A stretch of 40,364 bases of DNA from Candidatus Woesebacteria bacterium (GCA_027347685.1 DAIEQM010000033.1:1-40364); one strand, 5' to 3'; positions 1 to 8,050 are shown, counted from the stretch's first letter. Numbers and translations are program-made. Notes: generated by a model from the letters alone, not told the origin.

Positions 1-1045
1 ATGGGCGCAAATTAAAAGAAGACACGGCTAAATTTCTGACCGGCTTTTTGGGAGACTCTTTGAGAACAACCATTGCCGCTTCGTAAAAGTCAGAGGTGCT
101 CCGTAAGTCCCGCTCTGTTTTATATCCTCGGTGATACACCGCTCCATCGCGATACCAAATAGACAAATGAATTCCTCGTGCAGCGAGATTGGCCTTGCGC
201 ACGCGCGCACTCATTTTGGTAACCAATTTTGAAAGAAGGGGAGACAAATCGGAGACACTCACAAACGGTTTGGGGAGTGCATAACTATTGCCATAACTTC
301 TCCGACCAAATTCCACCCGATCAATTTCATAGCCATGCAAACGCATATGCCAATAATAGCCATTTACACTTTCAAACGCGGCTTTGAGCTTCCACACGGG
401 AGCTTCATAAAAATCCCACACCGTAAAAATACCCAAAGAATTGAGACGAGCGGCATTTCGTTCCTTAATTCCCGTTAAGTCAGTGAGTGCCATTTTTTTA
501 AAAATTTGTTCGTAATTGGTGACGTCAATCGTGTCGAGGCCATCGGGCTTCGTAAGATTTGCGCCAGTTTTTGCCAAAAAACGGTTGGGGCCAATACCGA
601 CTGACACGGTAAGAGCGTCACCAATATCAGTTTTTATACGCGCCTTAATTTCAGCTCCCAGCTCCATCATGGTTTTGTTGTGCATAGGGAGTGTTTTCTC
701 AAAGTGAAGCACAAATTCGTCGATGGATTTTGGAACAAAGTCCCAAGTGTAGTTTTTCAAAAGCTTCCTAAAAGCGCGGTGAACATGGCGATATTTATGG
801 GGGTCGGGCCCCAAGACTATCATCTTTGGGCAAAAGAGTTTTCCATCTTTCACCCGCATGCCAGTTTTAACTCCCATGCGCTTGGCTTCATACGAGGCGG
901 CCAGAATACAACCATTTGCGGTGGGGTATGCAGCAACCGCAACGGGCTTACCACGCAGGAGGGGGTTGGCTTGTTGTTCAACTGAAGCAAAGCATGCATT
1001 CAGGTCGATATGCATGACCGTTGGAGGAGTTGAGTTAAATTGCAT
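1..1045 (-). CDS. Y-family (UmuC/DinB-like) translesion DNA polymerase; the C-terminal end runs off the left window edge
   Basis: Absent from the ORF track because it has no stop in the window. My minus-strand translation from ATG 1045 stays open to position 2: MQFNSTPPTVMHIDLNACFASVEQQANPLLRGKPVAVAAYPTANGCILAASYEAKRMGVKTGM...KSIDEFVLHF...LTVSVGIGPNRFLAKTGANLTKPDGL. The HIDLN..ASVEQ and SIDE catalytic motifs and the NGC..AS.EAK..GVK.GM block are Y-family hallmarks. GAGGAA lies 7 nt upstream of the ATG. Confidence 0.8.
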   Translation of the reverse strand, partial: MQFNSTPPTVMHIDLNACFASVEQQANPLLRGKPVAVAAYPTANGCILAASYEAKRMGVKTGMRVKDGKLFCPKMIVLGPDPHKYRHVHRAFRKLLKNYTWDFVPKSIDEFVLHFEKTLPMHNKTMMELGAEIKARIKTDIGDALTVSVGIGPNRFLAKTGANLTKPDGLDTIDVTNYEQIFKKMALTDLTGIKERNAARLNSLGIFTVWDFYEAPVWKLKAAFESVNGYYWHMRLHGYEIDRVEFGRRSYGNSYALPKPFVSVSDLSPLLSKLVTKMSARVRKANLAARGIHLSIWYRDGAVYHRGYKTERDLRSTSDFYEAAMVVLKESPKKPVRNLAVSSFNLRP

Positions 1046-1325
1046 CTCCGATTTCCTCAAGCTTCCAAAACAAGGTGTCGGTGTTTAAGACAAGCCGCAT
1101 AAAAAGTGTTTCAGTAGCCACTGAAAACACATGAAAGAGTGTTTTCCCTTCACGGAAGACGTGATGAAGCCCAAGTTTTTTGACCGTATATTCTCGATTT
1201 TTCCAAATAACTTTTTGAGGAACGACAAAAGCGGGGAGGGCATTATGTTCACAAATAACCGATACCGGCTCGCTAATTTTAAATGAAGAGTATCCCGCTC
1301 CTTCGGATATTGTTTGGGTGGACAT
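1035..1325 (-). CDS. hypothetical 96-aa protein, overlaps the polymerase start by 11 nt
   Basis: Track ORF. It sits directly upstream of the polymerase gene and overlaps it, which suggests translational coupling. I recognise no motif. A promoter lies immediately upstream. Confidence 0.55.
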   Translation of the reverse strand: MSTQTISEGAGYSSFKISEPVSVICEHNALPAFVVPQKVIWKNREYTVKKLGLHHVFREGKTLFHVFSVATETLFMRLVLNTDTLFWKLEEIGDAI

Positions 1326-1330
1326 ACTTT

Positions 1331-1359
1331 AAAATAAACCAAACAAAAACCGAAGTCAA
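1331..1359 (-). promoter_or_regulatory. sigma70-like promoter: TTGACT, 17-nt spacer, TATTTT, then 5 nt to ATG 1325
   Basis: The minus strand reads TTGACTtcggtttttgtttggttTATTTTaaagtATG. No SD is present, which implies a leaderless or near-leaderless mRNA. Confidence 0.5.
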
Positions 1360-1446
1360 GAGATCAAAAACCAAGATGTAGATTTGATAAATAGTATATA
1401 CCTGATATTATTCGGCTATCAGGTATCTATAAAAGAGAGGTGTGGC

Positions 1447-1926
1447 ATGTCTGATGGTCATTGGATAAGAAGTGGTAAAGACATAGAGTATGTCTTAGAT
1501 ATGTACGATAAGACGAGTAGGTCGGTGTTAGTCAATTTTGCACCATGGAATGGGCCACAAGAGGCACTCTACGACCGAATATTGATGGGACTCAGTGAAG
1601 GAGTTGGATACTTCGCAAATGAAGAACAACATCAAATGTTTGTTCAGATTTCATGGGCTTTTCCGATAGTTGCCTATTATCACTTTTCTGCGAACCATCG
1701 AGTGGCCGTCGTTTCACGATATTTTCGAGCAAAGGCAGACTACTTTGGAAGTGAAGCCACGGAAATGACGCTCTTGTCGAATGAAGCAGCAGTATTGGCT
1801 CGGGTGTGTGCAAAAGCAGATATTCAGTTCAATCCCGAAATAACTGAATTATCATTTCACCAGCTTGAGCTTGACTTGAAGTACTACAAAAAAACTCAGC
1901 CGTGGTTTTATAATCAGTACAGCTAA
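1447..1926 (+). CDS. hypothetical protein (159 aa from ATG 1447)
   Basis: Track ORF 1384..1926 starts at TTG. The internal ATG 1447 is preceded by GAGAGG, so I prefer it. No recognisable domain. Confidence 0.55.
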   Translation: MSDGHWIRSGKDIEYVLDMYDKTSRSVLVNFAPWNGPQEALYDRILMGLSEGVGYFANEEQHQMFVQISWAFPIVAYYHFSANHRVAVVSRYFRAKADYFGSEATEMTLLSNEAAVLARVCAKADIQFNPEITELSFHQLELDLKYYKKTQPWFYNQYS

Positions 1927-1933
1927 AAGGAAT

Positions 1934-1959
1934 ATGGGCGCCCACCAACGAGCGCCCAT
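1934..1959. terminator. hairpin shared by two convergent genes
   Basis: ATGGGCGC, 10-nt loop, GCGCCCAT (8-bp stem) lies between stop 1926 (+) and stop 1959 (-). T-richness follows only on the minus side (ATTCCTTTT). Confidence 0.4.
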
Positions 1960-2219
1960 CAATTTACAATTTGAACAACTATATAAATTTCTTTTCCCAC
2001 TCTTTGCGCCCAACAACTCACTTCAGAAACTGCATCCTCAATTGCCTGCTTTAAAATATTACAGTAGTTGGCGGGTACAAAAGGAAGTTCCTCTGAAAGC
2101 CCTTTGGTATCACACAATACGACAAAACCGCCTTCATGAACAGACTTTCTCATTCTCACCAACAGTGCACGTTTTAATACAATGCGATTTTGAATATCAA
2201 TCGCTTTCGCACGGTCCAC
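1959..2219 (-). CDS. hypothetical 86-aa protein
   Basis: Track ORF. The GTG start at 2219 is preceded by AAGGAGAC with a 6-nt spacer. The overlapping plus-strand ORF 1934..2272 has junk-like composition. Confidence 0.6.
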   Translation of the reverse strand: MDRAKAIDIQNRIVLKRALLVRMRKSVHEGGFVVLCDTKGLSEELPFVPANYCNILKQAIEDAVSEVSCWAQRVGKEIYIVVQIVN

Positions 2220-2260
2220 AAAAAAGTCTCCTTAGTCACCAAAATTCTGTCGTCAGTATA

Positions 2261-2274
2261 TGGTATATTTAATT
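2261..2274 (+). promoter_or_regulatory. extended -10 (TGGTATATT) 5 nt before ATG 2275
   Basis: tggtatatttaattATG. No SD. Confidence 0.4.
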
Positions 2275-2652
2275 ATGAAACCAGAAACGATCAAAGCAAT
2301 TTTTACCAATCTCTTGTTTGTTATTGGAGTCATACTTCTTATTGTAGGGTTTGCACAAGGCACCCGAACTGCGGTGAAGCTTCTCACCTTTGATCAGTAC
2401 CCGCTCGATTCATATGAGGAAACAAAATGCGACCAACCGCCATATGCAATGCCAGTGCCTGCTCCGCTTGAAGGAGGTAAAACAGCTCCCGTCGTAGATG
2501 AAGGAGCGGCTCGTCAAACAAAAGCAGATTGTGTAACGCAGCTCACGCATCAGCGAAAGGTAAGACAAACTGAAGACATTGTTGGTGCAATAACGATGCT
2601 TGTTTCAGGTGGAGCCTTAGTCTACTTCTTTAGAAGATATATTTTGAAATAA
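2275..2652 (+). CDS. small membrane protein with two hydrophobic helices
   Basis: MKPETIKAIFTNLLFVIGVILLIVGFAQG...ITMLVSGGALVYFF. I prefer ATG 2275 over track start 2260 because of the -10 box position. Confidence 0.6.
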   Translation: MKPETIKAIFTNLLFVIGVILLIVGFAQGTRTAVKLLTFDQYPLDSYEETKCDQPPYAMPVPAPLEGGKTAPVVDEGAARQTKADCVTQLTHQRKVRQTEDIVGAITMLVSGGALVYFFRRYILK

Positions 2653-2680
2653 AACCCCTTGGCGTGGGGGTGGTGCCTAC

Positions 2681-2899
2681 CTAAATTGCTTCTGTATTCT
2701 CGTTTTTCGGAACAAAAACTGGCTTTAGTATTGTTCCGTGAAATTTATTTGCGTTTTGCTCAAGTTGTTTGCCGTTGGTAACGGTCTTTAAAATACCTGC
2801 TTTCCCTTTTTTTCCGCTCAGTCGTATGTGTACTTCTGTGCATATGTGACCATCGGGAACGGTTATACCGTATTTTTCTAACAATCCTGCTGTGAGCAT
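2681..2899 (-). CDS. hypothetical 72-aa protein (the supported part of track ORF 2681..3157)
   Basis: Internal ATG 2899 is preceded by GAGGAG with a 6-nt spacer. TGGTATACT (minus strand, about 2959-2967) could be its promoter. A CCCC/GGGG hairpin plus TTTTATTT follows the stop on the minus strand (about 2647-2670). Confidence 0.5.
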   Translation of the reverse strand: MLTAGLLEKYGITVPDGHICTEVHIRLSGKKGKAGILKTVTNGKQLEQNANKFHGTILKPVFVPKNENTEAI

Positions 2900-3037
2900 A
2901 CTTCTCTCCTCACTACATTTAAATGAATACTTCCCACGCCAAGGACTCAAAGTATACCAATATATTCGATCTACTGCAAATAGATATAGGATATGATAAA
3001 ATTCGTGAGGTATTTTTAACAGTCCAAAGGATATCTC

Positions 3038-3178
3038 GTGAGAATCTGGATTACGGCTATTTTGAAAAAAGCAGTGTGGGTTTGCACCAAATGCAAAACT
3101 GAGCACGAAAAACCGCCCAAAGGGGGGTGTTCTAACTGTGGTTGCACTGAATTTCACTACTTTCCATCATCCACATAA
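3038..3178 (+). CDS. 46-aa zinc-ribbon micro-protein
   Basis: Below the track cutoff. From GTG 3038 it reads MRIWITAILKKAVWVCTKCKTEHEKPPKGGCSNCGCTEFHYFPSST, with CxxC, 11 residues, CxxC. AAAGGA lies 6 nt upstream, TGATAAAAT (2994-3002) is an extended -10, and a plus-strand terminator follows. Confidence 0.45.
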   Translation: MRIWITAILKKAVWVCTKCKTEHEKPPKGGCSNCGCTEFHYFPSST

Positions 3179-3195
3179 GCTCATCATTCTCATTC

Positions 3196-3222
3196 AACCC
3201 GCATGAAAAATTGCGGGTTTTA
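3196..3222 (+). terminator. intrinsic terminator
   Basis: AACCCGCA, 8-nt loop, TGCGGGTT, followed by TTAT. The T tract is only on the plus strand. Confidence 0.55.
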
Positions 3223-3259
3223 TGTGCACAAAAAAGAGGGCGGGATAAAACCCGCCCTC
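3223..3259 (-). terminator. intrinsic terminator
   Basis: GAGGGCGGG, 6-nt loop, CCCGCCCTC (9 bp), followed on the minus strand by TTTTTTGTG. Confidence 0.6.
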
Positions 3260-3281
3260 ACTTCAAAATCACGTAATAACA

Positions 3282-3407
3282 CTAAGTATGCTGATGCTTC
3301 TTGTCGCACTCAGCGCAATGAAAACCGCGATTACCTGTGCAAAGGTCACAGGTGCAACGGCAGCGACGTATTTGGAAAGTCCAGAAGTGCTTGAAAAACG
3401 TAATCAT
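3282..3407 (-). CDS. 41-aa Cys/His-rich micro-protein
   Basis: Below the track cutoff. It reads MITFFKHFWTFQIRRCRCTCDLCTGNRGFHCAECDKKHQHT (6 Cys, 4 His). GGGAG lies 8 nt upstream of the ATG, TATAAT on the minus strand sits at 3464-3469, and a terminator follows about 22 nt after the stop. Confidence 0.45.
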   Translation of the reverse strand: MITFFKHFWTFQIRRCRCTCDLCTGNRGFHCAECDKKHQHT

Positions 3408-3441
3408 CCAGATATCTCCCTTTAGTGAACTGTATTAGTTG

Positions 3442-3455
3442 CACCATAAATGGTG
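3442..3455. promoter_or_regulatory. 14-bp palindrome CACCATAAATGGTG in the divergent control region
   Basis: Perfect 6+6 inverted repeat. It lies between the -10 box and SD of the Cys-rich micro-gene and upstream of the transporter gene. It is a candidate operator. Confidence 0.3.
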
Positions 3456-3531
3456 TTGTGAGAATTATACAACTCTGTGAGGAGAGTGCAAAATTGCTAA
3501 ATAACAGAAAACTTCATACACTGAAATATAT

Positions 3532-4920
3532 ATGAGCCTTGCTCCTCTGAAAAAAGCGTCTATTCCGCCATCACCCGCGTTTATCAAACTCTTGGGACCA
3601 AGTTTTATTTTACTCGGGCTTGGGCTGGGGAGTGGGGAACTTATTTTGTGGCCGTATTTGGCTAGTAAGTGGGGACTCGGGATTATTTGGGGAGCAGTGA
3701 TTGGAATTACACTCCAGTTTTTTATCAATATGGAAATTGCACGATACACATTGGCCACTGGCGAAAGTGTATTTGTAGGTCTCACTCGGAAACTCGGCAA
3801 GATTTCGCCAGTCTGGTTTATTTTTTCTACTCTTATTCCATGGATGTGGCCCGGTATTATCGCAAGCTCAGCTACTCTTTTTGCCAGTTTACTCGGGATT
3901 TCCTACACCCCCCTTATTCCCGTTCTTCTCCTCATTCTCATTGGTGTGATTTATACGCTTGGGCCGGTTATCTATAAAACTCAGGAGAGTCTGCAAAAAC
4001 TTATTATTGGCATTGGCGTACCATTTGTTTTTGCCCTTGCCGTGTATTTTGCACACCCCACCGACTGGCAGGCTCTTGGAGCGGGACTGGTAGGGATTGG
4101 CGACCATTTTTGGCTCATTCCAGCAGGTGTTTCAGCTACAACTTTTTTGGCAGCATTTGCATATGCAGGAGCTGGGGGAAATTTGAATCTGGGACAATCA
4201 CTCTATATTAAAGAAAAAGGATACGGAATGGGGAAGTACTCCGGGCACTTAACCAGTTTCCTAACTGGAAAACAGGAGGCAATCTCTCTAACCGGCACCA
4301 CATTTACCAACAATACAAAGAACTTACATGTCTTTAGAGAATGGTGGCGAAAAATAAATGCTGAGCATGCATTTGTTTTTTGGGGCACCGGGGCCGTTAC
4401 CATGCTGCTCTTGGCACTTCTGGCATATGTTACCGTATACGGAAAAGTTCAAGAGCCGGGAATTTTGTTTGTGATTGAAGAGTCGAAAGCAATGACTTCA
4501 ATGGTAGGGCCACTCGTTGGGAGTTTATTTCTGATTGTTGCGGCCATCATGCTCTTCTTTACTCAATTTTCTGTGTTTGGTACTACTAGCCGAATCATGA
4601 CTGAAAACCTGCTCCTAACTTCTCGCACATTCAAAACGACATTGTCAGGTGCATATTTTTATTTCTTTTTGTGGCTCCAGATAGTGTTAGGAATTGTTGT
4701 GTTTCTGTTAGGATTTAAAGAACCACTCACCTTGGTAATCATCGGTGCAGTACTCAACGCGTTTTCAATGTTTGTCTATACAGGCCTTGTTCTTTGGCTC
4801 AATAAAACGGCACTATATAAACAAATTCAACCCAATGTAATAAGAACCGTTATTGTATCGTTTGCCTTTGTCTTTTATGGCGCTTTTAGTATTTACACCA
4901 TTTTGAGCAAAATTCTGTGA
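3532..4920 (+). CDS. Nramp-family-like (APC-fold) polytopic membrane transporter
   Basis: 462 aa with about 11 hydrophobic helices. The N-terminal LGPSFILLGLGLGSGELILWPY occupies the position of the Nramp TM1 motif. The canonical DPGN and MPHN motifs are not present, so substrate is uncertain. Confidence 0.6.
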   Translation: MSLAPLKKASIPPSPAFIKLLGPSFILLGLGLGSGELILWPYLASKWGLGIIWGAVIGITLQFFINMEIARYTLATGESVFVGLTRKLGKISPVWFIFSTLIPWMWPGIIASSATLFASLLGISYTPLIPVLLLILIGVIYTLGPVIYKTQESLQKLIIGIGVPFVFALAVYFAHPTDWQALGAGLVGIGDHFWLIPAGVSATTFLAAFAYAGAGGNLNLGQSLYIKEKGYGMGKYSGHLTSFLTGKQEAISLTGTTFTNNTKNLHVFREWWRKINAEHAFVFWGTGAVTMLLLALLAYVTVYGKVQEPGILFVIEESKAMTSMVGPLVGSLFLIVAAIMLFFTQFSVFGTTSRIMTENLLLTSRTFKTTLSGAYFYFFLWLQIVLGIVVFLLGFKEPLTLVIIGAVLNAFSMFVYTGLVLWLNKTALYKQIQPNVIRTVIVSFAFVFYGAFSIYTILSKIL

Positions 4921-4939
4921 GTTAGCGATATAATAGCTC

Positions 4940-5968
4940 GTGACTCGAAAAATCCTCGGAATAATTCTTTTGTGCGCACTTACTGGTGTCGTTGCTTTTT
5001 TTGTGGGCCGTGCAAGCACTTCTTCTGAGTCTCACATTTTTGAGCTCGGGCCGACCCCCGTTCCAACTCCACTTGCTAAATACAGCATTGAAAACATTAA
5101 GTCCGCACCAGTGGCACCAGCAGAATTTAGTAAAGCCCGGGATATCAGTGAAACAAAAACAACCAGTACCTACGCTATTGCAATGAAATTCGACCCAACG
5201 CTTCAGGGAGAAGCAAAAAAAACAGTAACCGGAGTTGTAAATACACCTAAAGAAGGCGGGAAATACCCGCTCGTAGTTATGATTCGAGGGTTTGTTGATC
5301 AAAGTATTTACACGCCCGGTGTTGGGACCAAAAATGCTGCATTGTTTTTTGCACAAAATGGATTTTTAACGGTGGCTCCTGATTTTCTTGGATATGCGGG
5401 AAGTGATAGCGAATCAGGAAACATTTTTGAAACCCGGTTTCAAACCTACACAACCATGGTGTCACTTCTCAATTCACTGGCAACCCCCTCATTTGACGAG
5501 GCAACAGGCCACCAGTGGGATGGGAAAAATGTTTTTATCTGGGCACACAGCAATGGTGGGCAAGTTGCGCTAACAACTCTTGCTATAACAGGCGTGGCGT
5601 ATCCCACAACACTGTGGGCACCGGTCACCAAACCATTTCCATACAGTGTGCTCTATTACACCGATGAATCGGCTGATGGAGGCAAATTTATTAGACGTGA
5701 GCTTTCCAAATTTGAGACGCTTTACGATGTTGACCATTACACATTCACAAACTATTTGAGCGACATCAAAGCGCCCATTCAATTTTCACAAGGAACTGCA
5801 GACGATGCCATTCCAGTCGCGTGGACCAACCTCATCGTTTCAAAACTAAAAAAAGCCGGAGTAGACATAACCTATCACATATATCCAGGGGCAGACCATA
5901 ATATGCGCCCTTCATGGGACGCGGTTGTGTTAGAAGATTTGAAATTTTTCCAAAGTCGTCTAAAATAA
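4940..5968 (+). CDS. membrane-anchored alpha/beta hydrolase (S9 peptidase / dienelactone hydrolase-like)
   Basis: N-terminal TM helix, nucleophile elbow WAHSNGG, and later GTADDAIP and PGADHNM (candidate Asp and His of the triad). GTG start. TATAAT lies 5 nt upstream. Confidence 0.75.
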   Translation: MTRKILGIILLCALTGVVAFFVGRASTSSESHIFELGPTPVPTPLAKYSIENIKSAPVAPAEFSKARDISETKTTSTYAIAMKFDPTLQGEAKKTVTGVVNTPKEGGKYPLVVMIRGFVDQSIYTPGVGTKNAALFFAQNGFLTVAPDFLGYAGSDSESGNIFETRFQTYTTMVSLLNSLATPSFDEATGHQWDGKNVFIWAHSNGGQVALTTLAITGVAYPTTLWAPVTKPFPYSVLYYTDESADGGKFIRRELSKFETLYDVDHYTFTNYLSDIKAPIQFSQGTADDAIPVAWTNLIVSKLKKAGVDITYHIYPGADHNMRPSWDAVVLEDLKFFQSRLK

Positions 5969-5972
5969 ACTA
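5961..5972 (+). promoter_or_regulatory. -10 box TAAAAT 6 nt before ATG 5973
   Basis: taaaataaactaATG. The box overlaps the stop codon of the upstream gene. No SD. Confidence 0.35.
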
Positions 5973-6320
5973 ATGAATATTTTTGTAACTCTTATTATTA
6001 ACGTTTTAAGTTTGATGATTGTGAGCTATTTGGTACCAGGATTTCATTTCACTGATTTCCAGGCACTGCTAGTGACAGCCGTAGTCATTGGAATTGTAAA
6101 CACCTTTGTCAGACCGGTTTTGCAGCTTATTGCGCTTCCACTCTCAATTATTACGCTTGGGCTTTTTGCATTCTTTGTAAACGTGGCGCTCTTGTGGTTT
6201 GTCTCAAATATTGTTCCTGGATTTCAAATTGACAGCTTCTTTACCGCAGCCGTTGCTTCAGTAGTTATTGCATTGGTGAGTGCTTTTTTTCACCAAATGG
6301 ATAAAGAACCACGACGATGA
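5973..6320 (+). CDS. phage holin 4_2 / DUF360 (YvlD-like) membrane protein
   Basis: 115 aa with 3-4 TM helices. NTFVRPVLQLIALPLSIITLGLFAFFVNVALLW is typical of this family. Confidence 0.7.
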   Translation: MNIFVTLIINVLSLMIVSYLVPGFHFTDFQALLVTAVVIGIVNTFVRPVLQLIALPLSIITLGLFAFFVNVALLWFVSNIVPGFQIDSFFTAAVASVVIALVSAFFHQMDKEPRR

Positions 6321-6478
6321 GTAACAAAGACGACAACACTAGTAAAAAGAAAACTACGGTGAAGCCGGTTGTTCCGTTTGTGGCGCAAAGTCGATTTGGA
6401 GGAGCGGGAAACGCTCAATTTCAGCAAAAATCGCAGTATAAACCCACACCAATAAGAATCACTCAACACAAAGGATAA
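6317..6478 (+). CDS. possible 53-aa basic protein, ATGA-coupled to the upstream gene
   Basis: Below the track cutoff. It reads MSNKDDNTSKKKTTVKPVVPFVAQSRFGGAGNAQFQQKSQYKPTPIRITQHKG. Its ATG overlaps the TGA of the holin-like gene. Confidence 0.3.
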   Translation: MSNKDDNTSKKKTTVKPVVPFVAQSRFGGAGNAQFQQKSQYKPTPIRITQHKG

Positions 6479-6503
6479 GTATTACTTTGTAATAATTTTC
6501 GTG

Positions 6504-6516
6504 TATAATAAGCCCC
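6504..6516 (+). promoter_or_regulatory. -10 box TATAAT 7 nt before the tig ATG
   Basis: gtgTATAATaagccccATG. No SD. Confidence 0.45.
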
Positions 6517-7398
6517 ATGGCATCTAAAGCAAAAAATCAACAAGGTGTAACTGTCGCAAAAACCGACGATGGAACTGTTCAAATGACATTTATAATTCCG
6601 TGGGCTGAGGTTGAAAAGGCTGAGAAAGAGGCAACAACCAAGTTATCGCAAACCGTAACTGTTCCCGGATTCAGAGCAGGAAAGGCACCCGTTGAAACTG
6701 CAGCTTCACACATTCCTCGCGAAACATTAGTGCAAGAAACAGTAACTGCTCTCTTGCCTTCAAAAATTTCACAAGCATATAAAGATCATGATATTACCCC
6801 TATCATGTATCCAAAACTCGAACTTTTGCACGCACACGATGGAGAAGATTGGGAAATTCGAGCAACAACCGCACAATTCCCCGAAATTAAAATGGGCGAT
6901 TACAAAGAAAAAATTAAAGGCGCAATTGCTTCAAACGGTATTTGGACTCCAGAAAAAGGTAAACCTGAAGAACAAAAAGAATTAAGTCCTGAAGAAAAAG
7001 AGAACATTGCACTCCGTACTATTCTTGAAACCGTTGAAGTAAAGCTCCCAAACATTTTAGTTGAAGAGGAAGCCGATCACCGAGTGGCCAATTTACTTGC
7101 ACGACTTGAGAAACTGGGACTCAGTTTAGAAAGCTATTTGTCATCTCAAAACAAAGATGTGCAAACGATTCGAGCTGAATATGCACAGGCCGCGAGTGAA
7201 TCACTCAAATTAGAACTGGTTCTTGGAAAAGTAGCGGAAGAAGAAAAGATCGTGGTTGACGAAAAAGAGGTGGATGCATTTGCAAAAGTTACTGAAGCAG
7301 ACCCTCGCCGAGCGGGTCAAGCCGTTACCCCAGAGGAGAGAAACACCATTCGTACGCTGCTTCTTAAGCGCAAAGCTATCGACAAACTCGTTTCCTAA
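6517..7398 (+). CDS. tig: trigger factor, short form without the PPIase domain
   Basis: PGFRAGKAP matches the GFRxGxxP ribosome-binding signature. The N-domain is followed after a roughly 35-aa linker by a C-domain-like LPNILVEEEADHRVANLL. It is 293 aa, against roughly 430 in typical bacteria. Confidence 0.85.
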   Translation: MASKAKNQQGVTVAKTDDGTVQMTFIIPWAEVEKAEKEATTKLSQTVTVPGFRAGKAPVETAASHIPRETLVQETVTALLPSKISQAYKDHDITPIMYPKLELLHAHDGEDWEIRATTAQFPEIKMGDYKEKIKGAIASNGIWTPEKGKPEEQKELSPEEKENIALRTILETVEVKLPNILVEEEADHRVANLLARLEKLGLSLESYLSSQNKDVQTIRAEYAQAASESLKLELVLGKVAEEEKIVVDEKEVDAFAKVTEADPRRAGQAVTPEERNTIRTLLLKRKAIDKLVS

Positions 7399-7435
7399 CT
7401 AGATTTATGCATTTGTGTAGTTTACATTTAAGAAA

Positions 7436-8050
7436 ATGGTAAACACTTCTCAAAACCACAAAGTAAAAAATCCTCTTGAAGCCCTCCGAGAAAGCAGTAG
7501 TGAAGTACTCAAAACCACCTCAAACGAAGTATTTAAGCCTATTGCTCAAGAATTCATGGACCAGCTTTTGGGAAGAAAGCGAAAATTTAGCGGAGAAATT
7601 TTACCAGGTGAATCTCTTGAAATGCGAACCGTTTTAAGTGGAAAACAAACAGAAACTGATCGGCTCAAAAAGCAAATTGTTATTGAGCGCCAGCTCCACG
7701 AAGAAGAAAAAATGTTGGTTGAAAAAAGAGGAAGAGAGCTGAAGGTTCAAATTGAAGCCATAAAATCCGAAGTTGTAAAGCTTGCCGCGGCTACTCCAAA
7801 ACTTTCACAACAGGTAGAGATTGCTTCATTTCAAGCAACCTCAAGTGTAAGTACCTATGAACTCTTTTTTCTTCAGCAACTGTTTTTGTTTATTAAAAGT
7901 TTTAGAGAACACATTGATGATGCTCACGTTTGGCTGGGAGCGGTAAACGCCAGGGCAAAAAAGAAAAATGTTTGGGGAGCAAACTACAAAAAATATGGTG
8001 CAAAATATCTCCTTTCAGGAGAGCACTATTCGGGCCGATCTTCGGCCTAA
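7436..8050 (+). CDS. hypothetical coiled-coil protein
   Basis: Track ORF. The central segment is rich in heptad-like charged repeats. TACATT lies 7 nt before the ATG. Confidence 0.6.
   Translation: MVNTSQNHKVKNPLEALRESSSEVLKTTSNEVFKPIAQEFMDQLLGRKRKFSGEILPGESLEMRTVLSGKQTETDRLKKQIVIERQLHEEEKMLVEKRGRELKVQIEAIKSEVVKLAAATPKLSQQVEIASFQATSSVSTYELFFLQQLFLFIKSFREHIDDAHVWLGAVNARAKKKNVWGANYKKYGAKYLLSGEHYSGRSSA

Noticed and set aside
2681-3157. A 158-aa track ORF containing HEFYH, which could be read as an HExxH zinc-metallopeptidase motif.
   Set aside because: The N-terminal half is Phe/His/Tyr/Trp-rich, as expected for the antisense of a Lys/Glu-rich region. It has only a GTG start with no signal. 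It overlaps a better-supported plus-strand zinc-ribbon gene that has its own promoter, SD and terminator. An internal ATG 2899 with a strong GAGGAG SD explains the 3' part. A single HExxH by chance is not evidence.
3168-3176. A DnaA-box-like TCATCCACA, considered because gyrB at the right edge could hint at a nearby origin.
   Set aside because: It is a single one-mismatch occurrence inside a putative CDS. There is no cluster of boxes and no dnaA or dnaN in the window.
2923-3178. A 59-aa plus-strand ORF (2923-3102) could fuse to the zinc-ribbon frame by a +1 shift at the A6 run (3065-3070), giving an 84-aa protein. That would imply programmed frameshifting, a homopolymer sequencing error or a pseudogene.
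   Set aside because: A simpler model fits. Back-to-back extended -10 boxes (TGGTATACT on the minus strand and TGATAAAAT on the plus strand) lie inside the 59-aa ORF. The 46-aa frame has its own SD and GTG start. ATG 2923 has no promoter or SD signal. The fused form remains possible and could be tested by homolog search.
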